64,000 nucleotides of DNA, from assembly GCF_009834535.1 (NCBI RefSeq), contig NC_045697.1:114578001-114642000 (forward strand), written 5' to 3'. Source of the DNA: Camelus ferus. Taxonomy: Eukaryota. The notes below the pieces were generated by a model. That model worked only from the letters and a program-made list of their open reading frames with translations, had not been told where the DNA came from and did no database searches. This document shows, piece by piece, positions 28,919 through 44,116 of the stretch; position 1 is the first letter of the stretch; each line of letters opens with the position of its first letter. A program made the position numbers and the translations under genes.

Positions 28919-29189
28919 CTTATGCTCAAGACATTTATTCTTGCTGGCTTTTCTAGTAGTTAACTAAGCTTATTCAATATCAAAAAGTTTAGAGAAAAGC
29001 AAAATCATGTTTCCTTGTTTACCCTCTATGGTAAAAGTAAAAATTCGTTGTTCCAATTAACTAGATCTATCGCTTTTAATTATTTTGCTTTCTACAGCAC
29101 GAGTTATAATTGTTTGGCTGTAATGAAAGGGTGACCTAGAGGAAGAAGGCGGGCAGCACAGTTTCAAATGAATTCCAACACGATCGTGA

Positions 29190-30071
<882 letters not shown>

Positions 30072-31930
30072 GAGTGCTGGTAAATAACCACTGAATGAAG
30101 GGTTTTCCAGTACGCCGCACTTAATCCGTTGTTTCAATTTACAGCTTAACTTTTCAAGTTTATAGCCGAGTCAAACATAAGTTACTTGGTCGGCCCAAAT
30201 AAAATAGACATTGTTTTCTGGCAAAGACATACACAATTAGTACTATTGGTTGATTAGAAACATTTAACACAATATTTATTGGGAAACCATATCAATGACA
30301 AGAATCAAATCTATAGCTATGTTTAAGCCAATAAACTAGAAATTTAAATACTCCAGAATAACTCAACTGCAGGGAATTTCAAATGACTTTAAGCACCATT
30401 TCATTCTGAGGGTGGTTTAGCTATTTTTTTTTTCTCCATTATTTTGCTATGCTTAAACCAGAAATAAAAGGTATGGAACCTTGAAATTCTTAAATCAAAA
30501 AATTCTGTCCCATCCACTGTTTATAATCTTTTGTGCCTTGAAGGGAATGTCACAGGAGGAAAAGGAAGGCTAAAAGCTGCATATTGAACACCTGCATACC
30601 CATAAATATCTTGTCAATAAAAGAGAAAAGTCTAGCAAAGTCTAGCATCTTTTGCACCAAACCCAGGCTTGGGTCATGTGTTCAACCCTCAATGAGCTAT
30701 CAGTTGAAGACATAAATTGGCCTTAGGTTGTACACAGGTGACAAACTCTATTTGACAGTCACTGTACAATCTGCAGCATGCTATGGAAAATGGGGAGGAA
30801 GGGAGGAAAACAATTATGGGAAAATGTTTGCAAAGTACTGTCCACTCAAACCTTGCTTTCGATCACAAGAGCGCATTATATTTTTAATGCAAGTTTGTCT
30901 GGGATGTCAGCTACTTAAGATTGTCTGCTGTTAGCAGAAGAGATTTTTTTTTTTTCCTTTCAGGTAGTCCAGTGTTGCATCGGCAGGAACTTTCATTTCA
31001 AAAAAAAAAAAAAAGAAGCATTATTTATGTCTGCTTAGAGTAAACCAAATAGGGAAATTAACAACCGGGAGAAGAAAACTGGCTAGAGGACTGACGAGCA
31101 TCAGCGGGTTAGGAGGATGCGCGTTAGAACCTGGGAGTCGGGGGACAGCGCCACAGTGGTGAGGAAGGATGTGCTTCTTCATTGCCACTGCTGTTTAAAT
31201 ATCACCCAACAAAGGACCCCCTTCTTTATTAACTTTCCTAAATGACTTCTGTTTGACTCCTACATAATCCTTAAATGACTCTCGCTGACTGTGTGTAGTT
31301 TGAAACCTAACTGATCTTCTTATTTGAGACACTGCATAGAGCTAAAAATGATTGTTTCTCTTTTTCAGGGCAAAGAAAAGGCCAGTAGAAGTGGATTAAA
31401 ACTAGCGAGTAGGTTCATTGCAATAAGCAGATAATTATACAGGCTTTAAATGATAGCTTACATGTTTTGAGAATCTTTTTGTTTATGTTTTTTGTTATTG
31501 TTGCTAAAAATGCTAATGAGCTGTTGAAATGACCTCCATTTATTGAAGGTAATCCAGTAAGGTCTTTTTTTAATACAAATTTTACTCAAGGTTGTGTAAA
31601 ACTGCTTAGAAACCTGAACTTTTCTAGTGTGTCATATCTTATGTGTATATAGCATCCTGAGCTGTGTGATACAGTAGATTTCTTCTTAGCTTAAGGACAT
31701 ATAATGGGAGGAGATGTAAAAAACAACAGAAATCAGCTTACGTTTCTACTTCTCTGCTTTCCTTTTTAGCAAGTTTCTCCTTTGTGAACATGCACCATCT
31801 GCAGTGTCTGTGCCCTAATGATTTAATGGAAGTCTGTCTCAAACACCCTCCTTTGGTAGCTTACACTACGTGGATGCTCTGTCTGTAGACATTGCTTGAT
31901 AAAAGAATAAACTTCTTACATTTTAACCCG
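30072..31930 (+). other. FSTL5: Putative FSTL5 3' UTR with several AATAAA signals; 3' end uncertain
   Basis: No recognisable repeats after the stop. AATAAA at 30198, 30330, 30463, 30616 and 31906; the last is followed by T/GT-rich sequence. Confidence 0.6.
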
Positions 31931-34114
31931 TGAGCGTTCCGTCAGTCTTTTAACGCGCATTCCGATGTTTCCTTCTGTTTTTCCTTCCAGTGGTCTGCCT
32001 TATTTTGAAAGTGATGGGATACAGTAAAGGGCAGGTAATGTGAGCTCAATCAAGAAAATAATTTAGTTTGTTTTACTCTATCATTGAGTCACTGTATGTC
32101 TTCATGTTTAAAGCAAGATACCTATCCCTGTAAAGTGTCTATTTCTTTAGAATCACTTCTCGCGTGTTAAAGGAATGAATGTCGGAATGGAATACTAAAA
32201 GTAGACTCAAATCCTTTTCTTTCTACATCTTTACATTGACAGCCATACAAATATGGAGCCATTTTTAAAAAATTATTGTAATATTTAAAATATTGACATT
32301 TGTGATTCTTTAAAAAAGAAGGAAATGTAATATTACTGTACAATATTTTCTAGAGTAGATATTTCTTTCTTCAATGATGGGAAAAAGAGTAAGAGATGGC
32401 ATATGGGCTATCAACATTACTCTATACACATCTTGATAAAAGTATGTTGCAAATAATGATCTCATCAGTATCGTGAGGATGTGTAAAAACTGAAAGTCAA
32501 GGAAAACTAGGATAAAATGATGAGGTCACTGCTCTAAAAAGTTCTAATATCAAAGAGTCAATTTTTAATAGGCAGAAGAAAGTAGTGAAGTGATAACAAA
32601 AATGTGTGAAATGATTTTTTTTTACTGTAAAATTAGTGATAATTTTGTGATAGCTATGAAGGAATGAAATTAGAAAAGGGGCAGAACCAAGGGTGGAAAT
32701 AAGATGTGGGGAGGTCCTTGAGCAAAACTGACTGGAAAAAGTAAATATGTATGTAAAGAAGATGATACTGATAATTCAGGAAAAATGGATTATGATTGGA
32801 TTTTGGAGGGAGGGAAGTGGAGAGTGAACTTAAAGAGTTTGGATTTAGTCCAGATAATCGGAACTCAACAATAATTTGTTTTTAAAAGGCAGTGACAACA
32901 GCACTTTTAAAATGTATTATTTGCCAATGGAATGGAGATATGACTGCAGGAAAGGGAAATTAGAGCAAGAGATGTCACTCAGGAGGCTACTGCAAAAAAA
33001 ATGTAAGTTTAAGGTCTTTAATACATGACAATTAAATGGCAAGTATGTATTATAAGACAGAGAGTGTTAAGAAACTACATAACCTAAAATAATAACTGAA
33101 TAAATGTGGATGATAAAAAGAGACAAACAGAACAGGTCTCAAATATGACATCAGTGATAAAAAGAGGGAAACCAGCAAAGCAGCAGACTTAGGTGAGAGG
33201 AGGAGGATTTCGATAAAGGACAAATGAAATGAGAATCCTGGGCAATGGAACAGATTTCCAGAGATGTGTCATCATGTGGAGCAAACCAGTACAATTTTCA
33301 GGTGTTGTTCCACCTCTTTTTAATGATGTAAAGTAGAAGCAATTTTTTTTTAAAGTGCAATTTTAGAAACCTCTCACCTTTATGCCTCCCACTCAGAAGT
33401 TCTTCTCAGTGTTTTCCTTTAAAAAAAATAAGTGAACTTGACTGGATTTCACATTAAGTATTTAAGATTTTACAGGATGAAACAATACATTTAATCATCT
33501 CTGACAGCTTGTCACATTATGTAAATTTTTAAGTGAGAAAAAAATTTGAGAAGAATATGGCTATCATACAAATTAATACAACTTTAAAATGAGATGAAAA
33601 CGGACACCCCAATGTTACAACCTTAAGAACTCATTAGGGGCCACTTCTAACGCCACTTGTCTACACATCTACCATTTAGATTTATCAAAAATCTATTTTC
33701 ACTTTTATTCCAAACCCGCTCTAGCATCATATGCCTCTCCTTGGAAACTTCATGCACTGAAATATGATCTGAAAGTCACGCTATAGAAATTTGTACCTCC
33801 AGTCTTGAGTCACGATAACCTTCCCCGTTCCCCTCGACGGCTGAATCTTAACCAAAACATGTGAGCATGGCTTTGTTTGTTTGCATTTAATAAATGATAT
33901 ACTCCATTAGTAACTGGAAAAGCACACATCTCAACAGTAATATTCATCAACAAAATTTAATTATGAACTTGAACACAAGTTTCAAAACATTGAGAATTTC
34001 ATCGTTACTGAAGTCTTGTATAAAAGAACAATGGTTAGAACTTTGCTAATTCACCAGCTGCACATTACTGTAAAATATTGTAAAATATACTGTACAAAAA
34101 AGCCATTATATTTC

Positions 34115-35720
34115 ACAGAGACAGGATGCCAGATATAAGATTCTTGACTGCAAGTTTTTGGGGGGTTTTGTTGTTGATATTGTTTTTAGCAATTTGAACA
34201 TATTATCCCATTAACTTTCAGCCTTCATTTTTTTTCTGATGAAAATGTGGATTCCCTAGGATTCTCATATACGTGACATGCTGCTTTCAAAATCTGTCTT
34301 CCAGTATTTTTGCTATTATATATCTGGGTTTGGATTTCTTTTTGTTTCAACAACTTGGTCATTATTGAGCTTCTTTGACATGTAGATTATTGCTTTTCAT
34401 TATGTTTGCATGTGTTTGGCAATTAATCATTTTAAAATCACTTTTTTTCCCTCTCTCTGTCCCTCTTCCTCTGCCATACTCATTTTGTGTATACTGTTAT
34501 GATTAATAAATAGTATCACATGCTTCTCTGAAGCTTAGTGCATTCTTTTTATTCTTTGCCTCTCTTTTCTTTGGGTTTCATGTCCCCGTCTGTCTTCAAG
34601 TTGGTTGATTCTTTCATCTGTCAATCCTAATTTACCGTGGAACCAGTCTAGCAAATTTTTACTTTCCTTTATTGAAATTCTCAACTCCAGGATTTTTATT
34701 TGTTTAGTTCAAATCAATTCTAGCATTTAATTTATATTCTGTACTCAATAAGGCATTATATCATCATACCTTCCTTTGCTCTTTAAGAATTATGTCCATT
34801 CTTTCTTTGATCCCACTTACAGTGGCTGCTTTGAGGACTTTGCCTATAAATTCAATAACTGAATCACTGAGTGGGCAGTTTCTGGTGTATCCTTTAGTTT
34901 GAGACACACTTTCCTGTTTCTATGGATGTACCATAGCTTTTTGTTGAAAACAGTCACATTTTAGATAACATCAAGTCTAGCTATCTGCTCTCCCGCCCTA
35001 GGCTAGCTGTTCTTGTTGTTCACTGTTTCATGTGTTTACTGACTTGGCTGGACAGATGCAGTAAAGTACAGACTGCCCACAGTGTGACGACCGAAGTCGA
35101 TCCCCAGGGAGGGCAGCACTGGACGTGTGCACAGTCACTCTGTGACGACGCTGTTTTAGCAGGCTTCGCGTTGACTGTTTCTTTGCCTGATCTCTCTGTC
35201 GGGCTGTCTGTCTCTGTTGGCATTACACGGAGCTGTCAGGCTCCACTAATTCCCAGCTGAATCTGATATTGTTTCAACAATGCCCTGGGAGATGAGTTGC
35301 CCCAGTCCGCTCCACTTAAAGTGACTCCGCTGCAGGGACGGTTTTGAGGCCTGCCTTAGGGGTTTGTTATGGCCTGGTTTTCTGTCCTGTGTCTTTTCCT
35401 GGTTACCTCTGAAAAATTAGCTACCTGTGTTTTAGCTTGTTACGTATATATAGCTACCAGCTTCGTCTTATTTGATTACCACCAAAATCTCTATTGTTTT
35501 TAAGAGAGCCCTCAGGTTTAAGTTTCTTCACACTCTGTACAAAAGTCAAGTCAGAATTTAATGAGAAGAGGTCTGCTTCCCTCTGTTGTTATGATCTGCC
35601 TCTCCCCTGTTCTTATGATCTGTGAAATACTGAGCCGCAGGTCTGGAGCTGGTGTTGGAAGTAGTTGCTCCCCACTCTGGAAATGATCTTCCAGTTTTAT
35701 GAGCAGGGTAGTGGGTGGGC
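34115..35720 (-). mobile_element. Old L1 5' UTR/ORF1 fragment
   Basis: 34115-34260 aligns by eye with the ORF1 remnant at 15925-16040; ends approximate. Confidence 0.7.
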
Positions 35721-37949
35721 AGTGGTAGCCCTCTGTTCTTCTAGATCCTGGGACTTTCTTAAATTGTCTGCATGAAACTGCATGCTGTAGAGTCCCATTA
35801 GCTTTCTGATCACCCGATCATCACACCAGCACTTTTTTTTCACATCCATTCATCTCCAATCATCAGTGCTTTTCTTTTCCTTTGAAAGACCACTTCTGAC
35901 AGTTTCCTCTACCTGGAGGGCTTATTCCCAGATAGTCTTAGGAATTGTCTCTTTTTCAGAGGTCTGCTTGCCAGTGAGATTTCCTCACTACCCTATTCAA
36001 AATTTGACATCATCTTCCAGGATGTGCCTATTCCATCACTTTTGCAGATTCTCGTGTCCATAACTAAATTGGCATCTAACGTTCTATATAATTTACCATC
36101 TGTTTGTTATCTCTATAAATCCATCCAACACATACACGTTATACAACCAAATGGAAGCAGGGATTTTTGTCTGTTTTCTTTATACCACATCCAGAAAAGG
36201 GCTTGGTACGTGGTAGGCACGTATTAGATGGTAAATAAAAATGTGGGAGATGACTGAATTGCTATTTTAACTAGATTCAAGTTTTTCAACTCTATAGCAC
36301 GTGTGTTTAACTGAGAATTTCAAATCATTATGGCAAAAATGTATGCCTTGAATGTTATTCACATATGATAATTGAAAGTAGCATAATTCAGGCAGGTGAT
36401 TCCTATTTAACACCCTCTAATTCTCTAAAGTATTAGAATTAATCGACATAATGAACATTTGGATAGATGATGTCTTTTTTTAAATATTTGCTGTCTCAAA
36501 TTAAATGTAATTGCTTGTCTAAGCATGATGTTTGTTATGGTAAAGATTAATCCCTTTCATATATAATTAAACTCTAAATTAATATACATTATACTTTAGC
36601 TATTTGTAGAAGCAGATTGTCTTTTTTATATTAGTCTTGCTGCAACAAGCATATTTATATGAAATAAATAAAAGATGTTGTAGACTTAGTCTCTCAGAAA
36701 AATATCAGTATATTTGGGGCTAATTTGTATTTATGTTTTGAGATGAATTCATCAAATCAAAAGTACATCACTCATTGTTGAAAGTAACTACAATTTTATT
36801 AAAATTTCTATTAACTGTTTGATGCATTTATCCTTCTCCCAAATTCCAACATGATATAAATTACCTTTGATTTATCTTCCTCTTACATATTGTGCATAAA
36901 ACTTTTCACTGTGTTATCCAACTATATTCACTCTCCCCTTCCATTATTAAGTTTCTATTTTTGCTAATAATAGTTATCATTATTTTTACTGAGTACAACC
37001 ATCCAAGAAATTCATACTGTTTAAAAAATTATAATAGAAAAATAAATAAATGTATTATACTTGAAGTGCTAGGCATGCTATTTAGAAATTGTATTTTTGA
37101 AAATTTCCAGGCTGAATTTTTTCTCTTTAAAGTAGTTACCACTTTTAAATCCCTTTAGAATTTGTTCCTATAAACCCATTATTATTATTATATATTCTTT
37201 TAATTTGTTAAAAAAAAGTCAAGATATGTGTACTAGTCCATGTCTAGGACAAATACACAGAGCACAGAGCTTTGTGGGGAAAGTTATATTATGGGAAGTG
37301 TGTAGAATTCAACTATTTAGTAAGATGCAGGGTGCAGTCACCTGTAGACCTTAAGATAAGCACGTTCACATTTCAGAGCTTAATATTATTATAAAACATA
37401 TTAAATAAGCATTATTTAATAAGAGGATAGGTGTTCATTTGATTCACACAAGATCTGAGTTGCATTATAAGGTGGCTCACCACTAAGTTTGTATTAAGCC
37501 TGTCACCCTAGTGGTGGAAGAAGCTTGGAAGAAGCTTGGAAGAAGCTTGAGTAAGTGCTAATGATTTCAGAGTATATACGTATCATATTCGGCTAGAAAA
37601 GTTTCTTCAGTTGAAAGGTAGCTTCTGGTTTATGACTGACCGTGAGCAGAGACTAAACTCTTTATCATGTTGGACAAAATTACTGTATGACTTACATTAT
37701 ACATTATGAAATGGGTAGTCCCTGATGTATGGAACAAAAGCACTGGATGTCCACAGCTGTCCAGTCATAGGGCAGAGAACCTACACTAGTCTAGACTAGC
37801 TGAAAATACTGGAGCCTTGTTCGAATTTGCCTCAACTCATTTGCAATTTGGAGTTTCTGGCAAGGAGAGAGAATTCAAGAACACTTGCCTGGTGTCACCC
37901 AGAGAAAGGTGGGTACCATCCCCAGCCCCGGTTTCAGAGCAGTAACCAG

Positions 37950-40900
37950 ATATTTAGCACAGGAGGAGAAGGAGGCCATGAGAACAGATAGCTCCAAAAT
38001 TACCCACAAAAGAACTGACTTTATTTGAAATAGAGGGTGAAGAAATTGGGGTCAAAGAGCACTCTTAAAAACAATAAAGATTTTTTACTGTAAACAATTA
38101 AGTAAAGGCTGAGAGCTCCACATACAATTAACAAAGTAAACTGTAGGCCAGCAAGTTTACTAGAGAGAACCAGAGAAAGAAACAGCTAAGAAGAGCCCTC
38201 TGGAGTTCAGAACAAACCACAAAGATGAGCATCAAAAACTACCTCGGCAAAATATCCTGAATTTAATTTGAGCAACTATTGAACAAGTTGACCCCAAGGT
38301 TTATTGCAATAATAGTGGGTTCAGCCAGCAATCAATGGAGTCTAATAGCTTAGTGTGATAGAACAGAGACAGACAGATTAACACCGAGATCAGGCAAAGA
38401 AAGAGTCAAACAGAGCCCTGCTAAAACCAATGTTATTCCAGGATGATTGTGGAAATGCTAAAGGCCACACCCTCTGTGTAGAGGAATCAAAGGCTTCAAA
38501 CTGTATGGGGGGACTGTATTTCACTCTAACAGTCTAGTAAATTCACTAAACAAATAAGCAAGCAAACAAGAAGTTCTACTGGGGGTATATGGACTTGCTA
38601 CAACATATTACCTAAAATATCTTGTTTTAAAAAACAACAAAAAACTGTACATACAAAAAAAAAAAAAAAAAAGAAAATGTGTCTCATAAAAAAGGAGGAA
38701 CAAGCAAGCAACAGAAACTGCTTTTGAGTGACCCCAACTGTTGCATTGAACAGGCAAAGAGTTCAAAGCAGCCATTATAAACACTTAAAAAAAAAAAAAG
38801 AATGGAAACTGCTTAAAAAAAAGAAGCAAAGGAAAAGATAGTAACAATGTCCTATCAAAGAGAGAATATCAATAAAGAAATGGAAATTTTAAAAAGTGCT
38901 GGATTTCTGGAGTGGGAAAATACAGCAACTGAAAAAACATCACTGCTGGGGTTCAAGAGTAGATCTGAATTAACAGAAAGGACCATCAGTGAACTTGAAA
39001 GAGGATTCACAATGATTATGCAATATGCAGACAGAGACAAAAGAGAATAAAGACAAATGAATAAAGTCTAAGGTAAACGTGGAACATCACTAACCACATC
39101 AAAATAGATATCATGGGATTAACAGAAGAAAAAGAATTGAGGAAATAAGAGCTGAAAATCCCCAAGTTTGATGGAAAACATTAACCTACATATCTAAGAA
39201 GGTCCATTAACCCAAATAGTTCAAATGCAAAAATATCCACATGCAGGCATGTCATGGTAAAAGTGTTGGAACCAGTAACAAAGAGAAATACTTCAAAACA
39301 ACATGAGGAAAATCACATGTCATTTATAGGTACACCAGTAAGATTATAGTGATGCATCATGACAAACAACGGAGGCCAGAGGACAGTATGACAGTCAGAA
39401 ATGCTGAAAGAAAATAACTGACAACAAGGAATTTTATATCCAGCAAAACTATATTACAAAATATAGTACAGAGAAAATGAAACATTCCCAGATAAACACA
39501 ACAGGGAATTTATTACTTGAAGAACTAACTTAAAAGAAATTCTGAAGGAAGTTTTTCAGAATAAAATCATGAGTCCCCAAACCATAATTTGAATCTACAA
39601 GAAAACATTGACAGCACAATAATGGTTTTTATATAATTATTAAAGATGGTATAAATGCATATGTGGTCCCTTTTCTCTTAACTGATTCACTAATGAATTT
39701 TTATCAGACAGTATGCTGTAGCTGTATTGTTGGTTCTATAACATAGAACTATAATATGTTTGGCAATGGAAAAAAAAGGAAGGTATAAATCTGTATTGGC
39801 ATATGGAGATTAAATCGGCCAATAACTTGAATCCACTGAAGCAACTAGAATTGGAAAGGAAGAAGTAAAACTGTTGCTATTTGCAAGTGATATGATATGT
39901 AGAGAAAATCTTAAAGACTTCACAAAAAAATTTTAGATCTAATAAAGGAATTCAAATGTTGAAGAATACAAAATCAATATACAAAATCTGTTGCATTTCA
40001 ATGTGCTAATGACAAACTATCGGAAAGAGAAATTAAGAAAATCTGAATTACAATTGCATCAAAAAGAAAACAAGACCTAGGAATACATTTAACCAAGGAG
40101 GTAAAAGACCTGAATGTAAAATGTTGCATATACTTTGTAAAATGGTCTGAAAATTCCTTGAAATATTAATACAGAATTATCAAATGACTTGAGGATTCCG
40201 CTTCTAGGTATATATCCAAAAGACCTGAAAACATAGGTCTACACAAGATCATGTACACAATTGTCCATAGCAGCATTATTCATGATAGCCAAAAGGTGGA
40301 AGCATTCAAATGCCTAACACCTTGTGACTGAACAATTATAAAACAGGATATGCAAGTAATTAAATATCATTCATAAAACAATGGATAATTACATGCTTCA
40401 ACATGGATGAACCTTGAAAACATTACGCTAATTGAATTAAGCCAGTCATAAAAGCCTGTATCTTCAATAATTACAAGACACCAAGTTTCCAAAATACAAA
40501 TCTATGGAGATACAAGTATATCAGTGACTGGGGGACGACTGGGCGGTCTGGCTGCTAATGAGCATTGATTTCTTTTTAGGGTGAGGAAAGTGCTCTGCAA
40601 TCGATTATGACAACAGCTCTCCATTCATATATGAAAACTACTGAATTGTACACTTAATGGCTGTACTTCATGGCACTTGAATTTTATCTCAATAAAGCTG
40701 TTATATAAAAAAAATGAAAGTTGATGGAGATGAAAATATTCAGATGACATAAGTTCTATGTAGAAAATTCCAAAGAATCTACAAAAAATCTTCCACGACT
40801 AATAAGTGATTTCAGTATGTCATAAGATACAAAATCAATACACACAAATCAATTTAATTTCTATGTATATACAATGAACTAGTGGAGACTGATATTAAAG

Positions 40901-43140
40901 ATGTAACACCATTTACAATTTCTGCAGAGAAAATAAAATATTATGTATATATCTAACAACACTTGTTACAGAATCTATATGAAGAAAATAAAATTTTGAA
41001 GGAAAAAATCAAAGAAGTCATAAATACTAGAAGAGGCACATTATGTTCATTGATTGGAGAACAGCATAGTAAATACATTAATTTTTCTTAAATTGATCTT
41101 AAATCAAGCACACTCACTGCAGTGTGCTCACCGTCAAAAGTTCCTATCAAAAAATCATTTTTTAAATTTTAGATATAGGAAAACATACTCTAAAAATTTT
41201 ATGGCAATTCCCTAGAATAGACTGAAAAAAAAATGAAAGAAGAATCAGGTCAGAAGAACATTCTGCTCAGCATGAAGACTCATTCTATATCTAGAATAAT
41301 CAAGACAGTGTGATGCTGTTGGAGAGAATAATTTAGATCAATGCTAGAGAATAGAGAAACTAAAATTAATTTTGCCAAAGGGGCAGAGCAATAGAATTTA
41401 AAAGGATAACTTTTCCAACAAGTGGTGTTGGAGCAATTGGACAACCAGAGACAAAAATGAACCTTGACCTAGATCTGTCATCTTATACAAAATTAACTCA
41501 AAATGGATAATGGATCAAATATAGAAGTCTGAGACTTGACACCTAAAGCAAGATCCATAAAAGAAAAAATAGGTCAAATGAAACTATCAAAATTAAAACT
41601 TTTCTTTATAAAAAAAATTAGATAAAAAAGCAAACTACAGACTGGAAGAAAACATTTGCAATTCCTACATCTGACAGAGGACTCATATGTAGAATAAAGA
41701 ATTCTTAAAACTCAGTATTAATAAAACAATACAATTTGAAAACAAGCAAAAGACATGAATAGACATTTCACCTAAGAGACTATGCAGATGACAGATAAGC
41801 ATGTGGAATGATCTTCAACACCAGCAGCCTTTAGGAAAATATAAATTAAAATCGAACTAAGATCTCACTACACAGCTATCAGAATGTAACAGAAAAGAAC
41901 AAATCTGACTCCATATTAGATCTGTTCCTTTGGCTCTAACCCCGTGCCCTGTTTTCTAGGCTTAGTCCTGCTGGCTCTGCACCTTTTGTAAAAGAATGTT
42001 GCCTAGAGCCTGAAATATGCAGGAGAGCCCATTTTCAAGCTCTGACCTTTAAGGATATTAACACTTTTGCACTGATATAAAGACAAGTTGCAGAATAGAA
42101 AATGGCATTTATTTTGTTAGAGGTTTTGCAGAGGCACCATGACCCGACCCACATCGACAGCTACAAAGAATTCCTACACCAAGGAGTTCGCAACAATCAA
42201 CCACACCCCCTTCCCTTTTTAGTATAAAAAGAGCTTGAATTCTGACTTGAGTAAGATGGTTCTCCAAGACATAAGTCTGCCATCTTCTCAGTCTGTGGGC
42301 TTTCTGAATAAAGTCACTATTCCTTGCCCCAGTACCTCGTCTGCCGATTTATTGGCCTGTCATGTGGTGAGCAGAATGAGTTTGGTCTCAGTAACAAGAA
42401 TGGCTAAATTAAAAAAAAATGATAAACCTAAAATTAATTTGTCATTATCCAATGATTTGTACATTTCTGGTTAGAATGTGAAATGGTACAGTAAATCAGG
42501 AAAAGGGATTGACAGCTTGTTTATTTTACTTACCTTTTTAATTTTTTTTAATTGAAGCATAGTTGGTTTACAATGTTGTGTTAGTTTCTGAAGTTTCATT
42601 TTAAAACTAAAAATGATCTTAACAAGCTACCCAGCAATTGTACTCTCAGGCATTTACCGAGAACTGAAAGCCTTTCCCATGCATAAAACTGTACATGAAA
42701 GTTTATAGCAGTTTTATGTGTAACTGCCAAAAACTAGAAACTTTTTAAATGTTCTTCAATGGATGACTGATTTAACAAATAGTAGAACCTTTAAATCATG
42801 GAATATTCCTCAGCAATAAGAAGGATCAAACTACTGATACACACAATTTGGATGGCATTCAAGAAGATTAAGCTGTGTGAAAAAAAAAAAACAGTCTCGA
42901 ACACATAGTGCATGGTTTCATTTATATAACATTTGTTAAATAACATAATTGTAGAGATGAGGATGAATGTTGATGGCCTCAGTAGAGGGTAGGAAGGAAA
43001 TGGATGTGGTTGTAATACAAGAGAACCTTGTGATGGTACAGTTAAGTGTCCTTTTTGATATTGTGTGATCACCTATAAGATGTACGACCTTAGTGTACAT
43101 ATTTTTGTGACTTCCGGTGTATCTGTAATTATTTCAAAAT
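37950..43140 (+). mobile_element. Stack of old L1 fragments (5'/ORF1, ORF2, two 3' ends) interrupted by a solo LTR and an L1 stub
   Basis: ORF1 coiled-coil remnant ENINKEMEILK...ERTISELE (38847-39050), ORF2-like DNA, 3' end tatctcaataaagctgtt at about 40700, second 3' region ending near 43140. Confidence 0.85.
41885..42396 (+). mobile_element. ERV1-type solo LTR, family A copy 1
   Basis: TGTAAC...GTAACA termini, perfect TSD agaa, TATAAAA at 42223, AATAAA at 42307; inserted in L1. Confidence 0.93.
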
Positions 43141-43464
43141 GGGTATTCTTAAAATTCATATTTTTATTGGAATTGAGTACTACTAATGTCAATGTTGATG
43201 GATGTGTTAACTAAACTATATATTTGCTGGTTATGGAAGCCTTGGTTAATACCCCAGCTCTGGGGATTCTTATTTTGTGATGCCACCCTGGGGGATAAGA
43301 TCACTATGCAGTGTCACTATGTTCCCAGAGGAACAGAAACAAAAGCAAGACGCTGCTATGATATTTACACTCTGTTTTAAGCCATATTTTCTAAGTGAAA
43401 TTCTGTATCATAGCCAAATATTAACATATTTGGAGAAACTTGCAGAAATACTTAATTTAATATG

Positions 43465-43605
43465 AGGATGCAGCCATTAGCAAACCACTGGACACTTGAA
43501 ATGTAGCCAGCATGACTGAGGAACAGAATTTTTAAATTTAATTTAATTTTTAATTTAATCCAATCAATTTAAATATCAGTTTCAACGACATGTGGCTTGT
43601 TTCTA
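43465..43605. mobile_element. MER3/MER33-like hAT-Charlie fragment
   Basis: cacttgaaatgtagccagcatgactgaggaacagaattttaaatttaatttaatt...acatgtggct. Confidence 0.65.
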
Positions 43606-43664
43606 TGACATTACAGAAACAGTCCTTCAAAGTTCTAGTTTGAAAATCATTAACTTAGTGGAAA

Positions 43665-44116
43665 TGATACTGATCTGGGTTCTTGGACTCCTTAATCAAA
43701 AGCAATCAGTAGAAATTCAGGCAAAGCTTTATTGGGACTTGTGCTGCAGCACTGGACAGCAAAAAAAAAAGTAACAGCTTCCATTGTTCACTCCCTGAGA
43801 GGGGTTGAGCTGGTCCCTTAAATGGGGTAAGGGTAGAGGTGGGCCCCGGGGTTGGACTGGAGGGGTGGCTTGGGTGGTCTGCCCGCCTCCTTGGTGAGCC
43901 TGCATGCAGAGCAGTACCCTGAATTTGCTCGTGACACATCAGAAATGGCAGTTGGGTTTTTGGTCTTTTTGTATTTTGCTGTTTATAATGTGACCCAGCT
44001 GCACGTTCACACAGTTATCTTTAGTTCCTTACAGTTACTTTGTATTTTGCTGGATGTTTGTCCAGGTGGAAGAACTACAGCATAAAGTCCCAGGTTCCAC
44101 GTCCCAGCCTGTCTCA
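43665..44116 (-). mobile_element. ERV1-type solo LTR (distinct family)
   Basis: TG...CA termini, TSD gaaa/aaaa (one mismatch), minus-strand AATAAA at 43728-43733. Confidence 0.8.

Noticed and set aside
37516..37549. Short direct repeats (ggaagaagctt x3; also tgatcagagatggga x2 near 8410 and tacatgtatgaaat x2 near 62540) as CRISPR-like arrays
   Set aside because: Only two or three copies, consistent with local slippage or duplication; no spacer architecture, and the context is eukaryotic.
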